Assembly (NCBI GenBank): GCA_038212375.1
Contig: JBBQUO010000003.1
Span: 1 to 45,036 of the forward strand
Origin: Minisyncoccia bacterium
GTDB taxonomy: Bacteria; Patescibacteriota; Minisyncoccia; Phycocordibacterales; Zambryskibacteraceae
Direction: 5' to 3'
DNA: 45,036 nucleotides
Position 1 is the first letter of the stretch, and each line of letters opens with the position of its first letter. The position numbers and the translations under genes were made by a program. This document shows, piece by piece, positions 1 to 7,912 of this stretch. The notes beneath the pieces are model-generated. The model was not told where the DNA came from and made no database searches. It saw nothing but the letters and a program-made list of their open reading frames with translations.

Positions 1-594
1 GAAAAAGGAGTTAGAGTTCTCACTGACCCTGGTAGTTTTACGACTGCCCAAAATGATCTAGAGGACATTGATGCAATACTTATCACTCATGAGCATGGAG
101 ATCATTTTCATATTGAATCTGTCATGAAAATTCTCGAAAAAAACCCTTCTGTACGCATCATTTCAAATACCGCTGTTTCAAAGCTTCTAAAGAATGAAAA
201 TATTGCTCATGAAATTGTCGCTCACAAAGATGAAACTGAAGTCGGTGGCGTCCATATCGAAGGATACGGTGACGTCCACGCAGAAATATACAACACCATT
301 ACTCCTGTAGAAAATACAGGCTACATGATTGGGGGTAGATTCTTTTATCCTGGAGACGCGTTTTATGACCCAGGAATTCCAGTAGATATTTTAGCCCTCC
401 CTGTGGCAGGTCCATGGATGAAGATTAGTGATGCAGTAGATTACTGCAAAGAAATACATCCGAAAGTTGCATTCCCTGTCCACGATGGTATGTACAAAAA
501 CCCAGTGATATTTCAAAGTATGATTTCGAGAGTTCTCAGTACGATCGGACTCGAGATGATAACAATGTTTGACGGAGAAACAAAAGAGTTTTAA
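1..594 (+). CDS. MBL-fold metallo-hydrolase (5'-partial, starts before the window)
   Basis: Frame 1 is open from base 1: EKGVRVLTDPG...ILITHEHGDH (HxHxDH motif), later YPGD and FPVHDG. The ORF track starts it at an internal Met (124). Confidence 0.88.
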   Translation, partial: EKGVRVLTDPGSFTTAQNDLEDIDAILITHEHGDHFHIESVMKILEKNPSVRIISNTAVSKLLKNENIAHEIVAHKDETEVGGVHIEGYGDVHAEIYNTITPVENTGYMIGGRFFYPGDAFYDPGIPVDILALPVAGPWMKISDAVDYCKEIHPKVAFPVHDGMYKNPVIFQSMISRVLSTIGLEMITMFDGETKEF

Positions 595-595
595 T

Positions 596-623
596 TTGAC
601 AAATTTAAAAAAATATGTATAGT
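596..623 (+). promoter_or_regulatory. sigma70-type promoter TTGACA-N16-TATAGT
   Basis: Perfect -35 (596-601) and near-consensus -10 (618-623) upstream of the 663 ORF. Confidence 0.6.
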
Positions 624-662
624 TGATTTTGGATCAACTACCCTTTCCTGCCGGGAGGCAAT

Positions 663-1052
663 GTGGACGACGTTTTGGTGAAATCGAAAGCGGAAAAGAT
701 ACAAAAAGAACTTGATCGTTGGATACGGAAGCAACCTTCCTATCTTCCAGGAGAGAGGCTTATTTTTTCCCTGAGAGTAGAGAGGGTTCTCGTGACGCGG
801 GAGCCTACTTCTGGATTACTGGACATGGATGTGAGGTTGTTCTTTACAAAAGACCGTTTGGTGTCGTGTGGGGCTACATCTAAAGTAGGCATCACAAAAA
901 CTGTCCACTGTATACTGAACTCAACTGAAAAAGGTTCTACGATGCGAGACTTTATCGCGAAATACCCAAGAAATGAAGATCTTTTGTCAATCAACGGAAT
1001 AGGAACGGGACTTGTTCCATTTATTGTTGAGGCATTAAAAGCTGTGCGTTAA
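663..1052 (+). CDS. hypothetical protein with C-terminal helix-hairpin-helix resembling RNA polymerase alpha-CTD
   Basis: TMRDFIAKYPRNEDLLSINGIGTGLVPFIVEALK resembles alpha-CTD/HhH. Has its own promoter, a GGAGG upstream and a terminator. Confidence 0.55.
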   Translation: MDDVLVKSKAEKIQKELDRWIRKQPSYLPGERLIFSLRVERVLVTREPTSGLLDMDVRLFFTKDRLVSCGATSKVGITKTVHCILNSTEKGSTMRDFIAKYPRNEDLLSINGIGTGLVPFIVEALKAVR

Positions 1053-1054
1053 TA

Positions 1055-1085
1055 AAGAGGGTTCCGATTTTATCGGAACCCTCTT
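1055..1085. terminator. hairpin between convergent genes (probable bidirectional terminator)
   Basis: AAGAGGGTTCCGAT-ttt-ATCGGAACCCTCTT, perfect 14-bp stem. Confidence 0.75.
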
Positions 1086-1090
1086 GTACT

Positions 1091-3160
1091 TTATATATCA
1101 AGATTCGCGAGCTTTGCGTTTGATTGGATAAATGACTTTCGAGACGGAACATCAGAACCCATCAGAATTTCAAATACCTTATCAGCGTCTTGCGCGTCAT
1201 CAACATTCACCTGCTTCAATATTCTACGAGCAGGATCCATCGTAGTTTCCCAGAGCTCTTCAGCATTCATTTCTCCGAGACCTTTGTAACGCTGGATGGA
1301 GATTTTCGAGGTTCTTGCTTTTAGCTTAGAGTTGTCAGCTTCATCGGATTCATCTGCTGACTCTTCGGTTTCTTCCACCACAATAGACTCTGAAGTTTCT
1401 TCGACTTCGTCTGGATTTACTTTTCCAACAATCTTATTTTTCTCTTCATCAGAATATGCATAGAAAATTTCTTTTCCTTTTTTGATCTTGTAGAGTGGCG
1501 GCTGCGCGATATAGATATGTCCTGCATCAATGAGCGGTCTGAAATATCGATAAATGAGAGTGAGGAGCAGAGTACGAATGTGAGCACCGTCGACATCCGC
1601 ATCGGTTGCGATGATAACTTTGTGATATCGAAGTTTACTAATATCAAACGTATCTCCGATCGCAGTACCGAGAGCGATGACGAAGTTTTTGATCTGCTCA
1701 CTACCAAGCATTCTGTCGAGGCGAGCTCTTTCGATATTGAGAATCTTTCCTCGCAGCGGCAGGATAGCCTGTGTACGACGATCTCTTCCCATTTTTGCGG
1801 TACCACCTGCAGAATCTCCCTCCACAATGAATACTTCAGACTCCTCTGCAGACTTACTCTGACAGTCAGCAAGCTTTCCAGGAAGGGTCATCCCCTCGAG
1901 CGCTCCTTTTCGAAGCACTGAATCCTTTGCGGCCTTTGCAGCTTTGCGGGCCTTGAGGGCCAAAACTACCTTATTAATGATAGCTCTCGCATCATCAGGA
2001 TTCTCTTCTAGAAAGGCTCCGAATGAGTCATTAAAGACCGATTCCACCATACTGCGAGCTTCTACAGTACCGAGCTTTGCTTTGGTCTGTCCTTCGAATT
2101 GTATCTCTTGGATCTTTACCGAAATAACCGCAGTAAGACCTTCAAGCACGTCGTCTCCAGTGAAATTGTCTTCACTTTCTCTGATCAGGTTATTTTTTCT
2201 TGCATACGCATTGAGCGAACGGGTGAGTGCAGTCTTAAATCCAGTAACATGAGTTCCTCCTTCTGAGTTATAAATATTGTTTGCAAATGGAACGATGCGA
2301 GAAGTAATATCATCAACATACTGAAGAGAAATTTCTACGGATTCGTACTCAGTAGTCTTCTTTTCTATATAGAAAATATTTTTGTGGATCGGCTTCTGAG
2401 TTTGATTATAAAACTTTACAAGAGAAAGCAAACCTCCTTCGAAATAGAAGGACATCGATGGCACATCAAGGCCAAGATCACGAATGTAATACTCTGGATC
2501 GATCTTACCTTTATACTCACGAGCATCTATCACTCCGATACGAAGACCCTTGACCAGATACGCTTGCTGACGAAGGTGATTTACCACTCGGTTAAAATCA
2601 AAGTTTGTATCAGGGAAAATAGTCCCGTCTGGCTGGAAGGTAATGATGGTTCCGTTACGCTTCGATGCTGCTACCTTTTTTACGGGAGCTTTTTTCTTTC
2701 CAATTGCATATTCCTGCATGTAGTGCCCACCATCGCGGTGCACCTCTGCTTTTGTGTAGAGAGAAAGTGCATTTACTACTGAAGCTCCCACTCCGTGCAA
2801 ACCTCCAGAAACTTTGTACCCTTCTCCACCAAACTTTCCTCCAGCATGGAGAGTGGTCATGATTGTTTCAAGAGCAGATACCTTGGTCTGTTTATGAACA
2901 TCCACAGGGATACCGCGTCCGTTGTCTACAACACGAATCTGATTACCCGGAAGAAGCGCTACCTCAATGTCATTTGCATAACCGCCCATCGCTTCATCAC
3001 GGGAGTTATCGAAGACTTCCCAAATGAGGTGATGGAGACCATCGGGACCCGTAGTACCGATATACATTCCCGGGCGTTTTCGTACAGGATCAAGACCTTC
3101 GAGGACTTGGATTTGTTCAGCTCCGTAATTAGACTTCTTTTTTGGTTCTTCTTTTGCCAT
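1091..3160 (-). CDS. gyrB: DNA gyrase subunit B
   Basis: LEGLDPVRKRPGMYIG, GHKL ATPase, VEGDSAGG, PLRGK, DADVDG TOPRIM, QRYKGLGEM. Likely start MAKEE at 3160. Confidence 0.97.
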   Translation of the reverse strand: MAKEEPKKKSNYGAEQIQVLEGLDPVRKRPGMYIGTTGPDGLHHLIWEVFDNSRDEAMGGYANDIEVALLPGNQIRVVDNGRGIPVDVHKQTKVSALETIMTTLHAGGKFGGEGYKVSGGLHGVGASVVNALSLYTKAEVHRDGGHYMQEYAIGKKKAPVKKVAASKRNGTIITFQPDGTIFPDTNFDFNRVVNHLRQQAYLVKGLRIGVIDAREYKGKIDPEYYIRDLGLDVPSMSFYFEGGLLSLVKFYNQTQKPIHKNIFYIEKKTTEYESVEISLQYVDDITSRIVPFANNIYNSEGGTHVTGFKTALTRSLNAYARKNNLIRESEDNFTGDDVLEGLTAVISVKIQEIQFEGQTKAKLGTVEARSMVESVFNDSFGAFLEENPDDARAIINKVVLALKARKAAKAAKDSVLRKGALEGMTLPGKLADCQSKSAEESEVFIVEGDSAGGTAKMGRDRRTQAILPLRGKILNIERARLDRMLGSEQIKNFVIALGTAIGDTFDISKLRYHKVIIATDADVDGAHIRTLLLTLIYRYFRPLIDAGHIYIAQPPLYKIKKGKEIFYAYSDEEKNKIVGKVNPDEVEETSESIVVEETEESADESDEADNSKLKARTSKISIQRYKGLGEMNAEELWETTMDPARRILKQVNVDDAQDADKVFEILMGSDVPSRKSFIQSNAKLANLDI

Positions 3161-3241
3161 TGAGGATCTTCTGAATATGAAATAATTAGACCTTAATGGT
3201 ACCAAAACTAGCGCCTAAAAGATAGGGCTTTGGGGAGAGAT

Positions 3242-3838
3242 TTAACCTATACATATAGCCATTTTTCGCCAATATTTGATGAATTCTTCCAAAGAGATGA
3301 AAAGGTCATTACGAGCTTCTCCTGGTGCATCTGAATCGTGATAATAAAAGCCCGTGAGGGTGGCGTTGTTATCTTCAAAACCAACGAGCAGTATCGTGTG
3401 AAATGACTTCCCTTCTGAGAGACCTGGTAGTACCGATACGATTGGAAGCCCTCCAGTTTCAAGGATTGCAACAATTTTCTTGAGACCATGCTGCAGCATT
3501 TCACCCGCAAACTGACTAGGGCCAATAGAACCATCGAGATTAGCACTCATAGATTTGAATTCTTCTCGATAGGCTGTCACTCCGTAGTTATGTGCCATCA
3601 TAACGATGACATCATGCGGTGAACCATGTCGAAGGGATTCTTCTGAAATGAGACCTCGCCCGAGCATCGAGTTACTATGAATCACTGCTTCATGCAGAAG
3701 ATTGTCTATCGAAGGTGCACGACCTGGTACTAGATAGTCGAGTGCCATTTTGAGACAAACAACGGTACAAGCTTTACTTTGCCATTCTTTTTTCGTGACA
3801 TCGTGAAATTGTGAATAATAGGGAACGTGTAATTTCAT
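3242..3838 (-). CDS. C39-like (papain-fold) peptidase
   Basis: LHVPYYSQ...ACTVVCLKMAL...HTILLVGF...YYHD pattern of Peptidase_C39_2-like proteins. Likely start MKLHV at 3838, 7 nt after the pheT stop. Confidence 0.75.
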   Translation of the reverse strand: MKLHVPYYSQFHDVTKKEWQSKACTVVCLKMALDYLVPGRAPSIDNLLHEAVIHSNSMLGRGLISEESLRHGSPHDVIVMMAHNYGVTAYREEFKSMSANLDGSIGPSQFAGEMLQHGLKKIVAILETGGLPIVSVLPGLSEGKSFHTILLVGFEDNNATLTGFYYHDSDAPGEARNDLFISLEEFIKYWRKMAICIG

Positions 3839-3845
3839 ATGTTTT

Positions 3846-6176
3846 TTATCTAACCTGCCAGCCGTCTTTTTCATTGAGTATCTGAGTAGCTCTTTCTATG
3901 ATTGGATGTATTTCCTCATCTGAAAGAGTTTTGTTCATTGATTGAAATACGAGTCGATACGCATATGAAGTTTTCTTTCCTTCAGGAAAACTTTTTGTGA
4001 ACGTATCGAACAACATGTAGTTTGCAAGAAGCCCTTTAGCCTCAGCTTTTACTACCTGTATAATACCCTGTTTGTCTTGACCTTCTGGAATAAACACCGC
4101 GATATCACGAAGCACCACTGGGTATGGTGAATACGCTTGGAATTTAGTATCTACAAGTTCTTCATGAGAAACATAATCATGCACTTCAGGAAGAGTAGCG
4201 AGGCTATCTGAGAGGTTTGCCTCGAACACACCTTCATGTTCTTTGAAATGAGGTTCGACCCCAAGGTTTTTCAGCTTTTGTATTACCTCATCACTCTTTC
4301 CACCCGCAAAAGCGACTGCCGTATATTCGCCGCCCTTAGTAAACACATTTCCAATTTCAAATATATGCACGTTTGAAAGTCCGAGAAGGTCTACATTGTG
4401 AGTATTAAGAGTGAGCGCTTCAGAAATTCCAAAAGTTAGGTTTGAGCGAAGAAATGCTTTGTCCGATGCAATAGGGTTTGCAAGCTCAACTTCCCCACTA
4501 CAGCGAAATGCGTACGTTATTACTTCAGAATATCCCGCACCTACAAAAAAACTTCGAAGCATGTCTGTGTAGTATTGATTCTTTTCAATAAGAACGGGAT
4601 AACTCCAGGGAGTAATCGGTTTTGCATGCACATTTTCGTAGCCATATATTCTTCCGATTTCTTCTATCAGATCTTCTTTTATACGCAAATCCAAGCGCTC
4701 TACAGGGACGGTGACAACAAATCGTGGCTCAGCAGACAATACCCTTCTATACCCGACAACTTTTTTGAAAGACTCACTCTTTGAAATTTTTTCTTCGACT
4801 ACAACGCCAGTTTTTCTTGTCGCGTGAATGACAAGACCGTCACCCATATAGAGGCCCACATGATCTACCCCTTCTTCTACGATTGTACCCTTTTGCCACT
4901 CAATACTTTCATAAAATATTTTTCCATTATCAGAATTTGAAAATACTAGATCTCCTGGAAGTAAATCTTTCTCTTCGATTGCATCACCAAATACCATTTG
5001 ATCGACAGACATTCGAGGGATTGATACTCCAACTTGAGCACAAAGAAATGCTGTAAATGAAGAACAATCAAAGTAGTTTGGTGCATCAAAAAGCACACTT
5101 GCTCCGTGTTTATAGGGAACGCCAATATACTGTGGAGCACTCTTCACAATAAGCTCTTGTGGATATATATATGCAAAAGTAAATCCTCTATCGAGCAAAA
5201 TCTTTTCCACATCTTTCTGAGAAATGGTTATACCAAGCACCTCACTAATCTGGGAAAGTGATACTCCGGCCTTGAATAGGTTTGCCTTTCGAGGATAGAT
5301 ATCGACAATACCTTCGATCCGAGTCTCACCTGTACCTGCAATATCTCGGATCAAATCGGCCACCATTTTGAGCGACCATGTTGTAAGCTCTGGCGTTATT
5401 TCATTTTCAAATCGTACCGATGCATCAGTTCGAATCCCGAGTCTTTTTGCAGTTTTACGAATATTTACTGATTCGAAATTCGCTGATTCTAAAATAATGT
5501 GTTTTGTATCCTTGGTGATTTCGCTCGCCTTACCACCTTTGATTCCTGCAATACCAAGAACTGATCCGCTTACCCCGTCTGCAACAACGAGAGTATCGGG
5601 AGTAAGTTTGTATTCCTTATTACCGAGCGCAGTAAAGTGCTCCACCTCCTTTGCCTTGCGAACGACAATCTGCCAACCTTCACCTGATTCACTGAGTAAA
5701 TTTCTGTCATAGGCATGGAGAGGTTGGCCGAGCGCAAACATGACGTAGTTGGTTGCATCTACAATGTTATTAATAGATCGTTGACCAATGGTACTGAGTC
5801 TTTCTTTGAGCCACGCAGGACTTTCTTTGACCTCAATGTTTTCAATCACAAGACTACTAAATCTTTTGCAGAGTCCTTGCTCTAATACTTCTACCTTGAG
5901 AACATTTGATTCTGGAGCATCAATACTTTTATTACGATCTTTTTCCTCCTTTATTCTGAGATTGGCATGGATGGAAACCTCCAGAGCAATACCGCGATGA
6001 GAAAGACAGTCATGACTACGATCTGGAAGCACTTTGATATCGAGGAGCGTGTCAGTGCCCTTGTCTTCAATAGACTCAACCTCAAATGAGTGCATCGTCA
6101 AAAGTTCTCCAATCTTTTCTGGAGTTGGAAGTGTTTCTTCAAAATAATCTTGGAGCCAGTTATACGATATTTTCAT
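3846..6176 (-). CDS. pheT: phenylalanine-tRNA ligase beta subunit (lacks B2 OB domain) with inserted NlpC/P60 domain
   Basis: MKISYNWL, PDRSHDCLSHRGIA, B3/4 (INNIVDATNYVM...GQPLHAYD), B5 (DLIEEIGRIYGY), C-terminal FDX-ACB (RDIAVF...YRLVFQS). Residues ~339-480 are NlpC/P60-like. Confidence 0.95.
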   Translation of the reverse strand: MKISYNWLQDYFEETLPTPEKIGELLTMHSFEVESIEDKGTDTLLDIKVLPDRSHDCLSHRGIALEVSIHANLRIKEEKDRNKSIDAPESNVLKVEVLEQGLCKRFSSLVIENIEVKESPAWLKERLSTIGQRSINNIVDATNYVMFALGQPLHAYDRNLLSESGEGWQIVVRKAKEVEHFTALGNKEYKLTPDTLVVADGVSGSVLGIAGIKGGKASEITKDTKHIILESANFESVNIRKTAKRLGIRTDASVRFENEITPELTTWSLKMVADLIRDIAGTGETRIEGIVDIYPRKANLFKAGVSLSQISEVLGITISQKDVEKILLDRGFTFAYIYPQELIVKSAPQYIGVPYKHGASVLFDAPNYFDCSSFTAFLCAQVGVSIPRMSVDQMVFGDAIEEKDLLPGDLVFSNSDNGKIFYESIEWQKGTIVEEGVDHVGLYMGDGLVIHATRKTGVVVEEKISKSESFKKVVGYRRVLSAEPRFVVTVPVERLDLRIKEDLIEEIGRIYGYENVHAKPITPWSYPVLIEKNQYYTDMLRSFFVGAGYSEVITYAFRCSGEVELANPIASDKAFLRSNLTFGISEALTLNTHNVDLLGLSNVHIFEIGNVFTKGGEYTAVAFAGGKSDEVIQKLKNLGVEPHFKEHEGVFEANLSDSLATLPEVHDYVSHEELVDTKFQAYSPYPVVLRDIAVFIPEGQDKQGIIQVVKAEAKGLLANYMLFDTFTKSFPEGKKTSYAYRLVFQSMNKTLSDEEIHPIIERATQILNEKDGWQVR

Positions 6177-6179
6177 ATA

Positions 6180-6980
6180 CTAAAATTGATTGATGAGTCT
6201 CAAATCACCTTCATACAGCATACGAACATCAGGGATGCCGTACTTGAGCATCGCAAGCCTATCGATTCCACACCCGAATGCAAAACCTCGATACATTTTG
6301 GGATCGATCTTCATAGCCATAAGTACTTTCGGATGCACCATTCCAGCTCCCATTATCTCGATCCACCCAGTCCCTTTGCAGGTACTACAATCCTTACCTG
6401 TGCCTCCACACTTAAAGCATGACATATCGATTTCTATTCCTGGCTCAACAAACGGAAAAAAGCTTGGGCGAAATCGTGTCGCTACCTTTGTGCCAAATAA
6501 TTTTTCAAAATATTCTTCGAGTACAAACTTGAGATTTGCAAGTGATGCATCCTTTTCGATAAGTAGTCCTTCGAGCTGAAAGAATTGCGCCTCATGAGTA
6601 GCATCAGTTGCTTCATGACGAAATGTTTTTCCTGGCACAATAATGCGAATTGGTGGGGTATGACTTTCTGCATATCGTACCTGTACAGGAGACGTGTGTG
6701 TTCTGAGAAGTGCTGAGTACCTTGGGACAGACTGCGCATGGCGCTCGTGTATGTTGCTAGTTGTTTGTTGTTGATTACTCACCCCTTTAAGCCAAAACGT
6801 ATCCCACATATCTCTTGCTGGGTGGTGCGCAGGAATATTGAGAGCGTCGAAGTTGTAGTATTCTGACTCGATTTCGGGACCACTTGCCACCGCAAAGCCC
6901 ATTTCACGGAAAATATCTGTCGTTCTTCCAATAACGATATTGAGAGGGTGCATATGGCCTTTTTGTGAGGTGTCTTCCAT
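6180..6980 (-). CDS. pheS: phenylalanine-tRNA ligase alpha subunit (N-terminally shortened)
   Basis: GHMHPL, HPARDMWDTF, LLRTHTSPVQ, FFQLEGL, FRPSFFPFVEP, CxxC...CxxC, GFAFGCGIDRLAML. Confidence 0.96.
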   Translation of the reverse strand: MEDTSQKGHMHPLNIVIGRTTDIFREMGFAVASGPEIESEYYNFDALNIPAHHPARDMWDTFWLKGVSNQQQTTSNIHERHAQSVPRYSALLRTHTSPVQVRYAESHTPPIRIIVPGKTFRHEATDATHEAQFFQLEGLLIEKDASLANLKFVLEEYFEKLFGTKVATRFRPSFFPFVEPGIEIDMSCFKCGGTGKDCSTCKGTGWIEIMGAGMVHPKVLMAMKIDPKMYRGFAFGCGIDRLAMLKYGIPDVRMLYEGDLRLINQF

Positions 6981-7024
6981 GATCAGATTATATACGAGGA
7001 GTGTAGTATTTGCACAGAACAGCT

Positions 7025-7912
7025 TTAGATCGAAACCGAATAGAGATTTTGGCCTTTTTTAATATAAATTAATCCGTTACTTCCAACTCTAAATTCTAGA
7101 TTTTTATCTTCTGCGATTGTTTGAATATTTTGCTCTGATCTGTTGTCGATTTCTATCGCAAAAATACCCGAATCAAGTGAAACAACCAGCAAGTCGTCTC
7201 TCCCGGGAAAGAAATCAAAGTTTTTCACTCTTGATTTAGTGACTATATCGACAGAATCCTTACACGTATCATTTTGACAAAAATAGTAAGGCTCTTCATC
7301 TGCATTTCCTATCCACGAAACCTTAAGTGAATCCTTACTCTCTACGACAACCAGTTTTCTGAGAGTTTTAGTTGTACTTGTTGCGGTAACGAGAAGCGTA
7401 CTTCCATTACTACTCGTTGTGGTTGCGAAAAGATTTTTTACATCAGTGTAGTCGCTACTTATGATGCCATGCTTGGTGGTGGTACCCACAAGATCAGTAC
7501 TTGAAGCATAGTCCCCTTCTACAAAATACGGGAATACTTGCGTGAGAACTGGATTTTGCTTAATCGCAAATGGATGCGCCTCGGTAACACGCTCTGGAAA
7601 TACTAAGAGTTTTTTATTCCATGATTGGTATCCGTCTTTTGTTACCGAAATATCATAGGTAGCTGGTTTTAGGTTTTGAACAAGTGCACTTCTCTGAAAA
7701 AGATTGGTCTTTGTAATAAACTTTCCTGCGACAGAAATATTTGATCCTGAAGAAACGGAGGTAACATAGAATCCTCCAGTATGCGATACCCCGAGGGTAT
7801 TACTCAATCGATAACCCGTTGCGTAGGATACAAGAAAAAGTGTCGCAATGACAAAAATAACCGAAAAAAGAGAGAAGTAAAATATTCTTTTTTTACGTGA
7901 GAGCGGTTGCAT
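7025..7912 (-). CDS. membrane-anchored hypothetical protein with PEGA-like domain
   Basis: N-terminal TM helix ending YATGYR, then TGGFYVTS...NLKPATYDISVTKDGYQSW; Thr/Ser-rich linker. Confidence 0.65.
   Translation of the reverse strand: MQPLSRKKRIFYFSLFSVIFVIATLFLVSYATGYRLSNTLGVSHTGGFYVTSVSSGSNISVAGKFITKTNLFQRSALVQNLKPATYDISVTKDGYQSWNKKLLVFPERVTEAHPFAIKQNPVLTQVFPYFVEGDYASSTDLVGTTTKHGIISSDYTDVKNLFATTTSSNGSTLLVTATSTTKTLRKLVVVESKDSLKVSWIGNADEEPYYFCQNDTCKDSVDIVTKSRVKNFDFFPGRDDLLVVSLDSGIFAIEIDNRSEQNIQTIAEDKNLEFRVGSNGLIYIKKGQNLYSVSI

Noticed and set aside
3540-3548. TTAGCACTC half of a CIRCE element
   Set aside because: Inside a CDS, second arm absent; no CIRCE seen upstream of groES
4737-5162. 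PheT insertion as an intein
   Set aside because: No Cys/Ser start, no His-Asn end and no LAGLIDADG blocks; motifs are those of NlpC/P60
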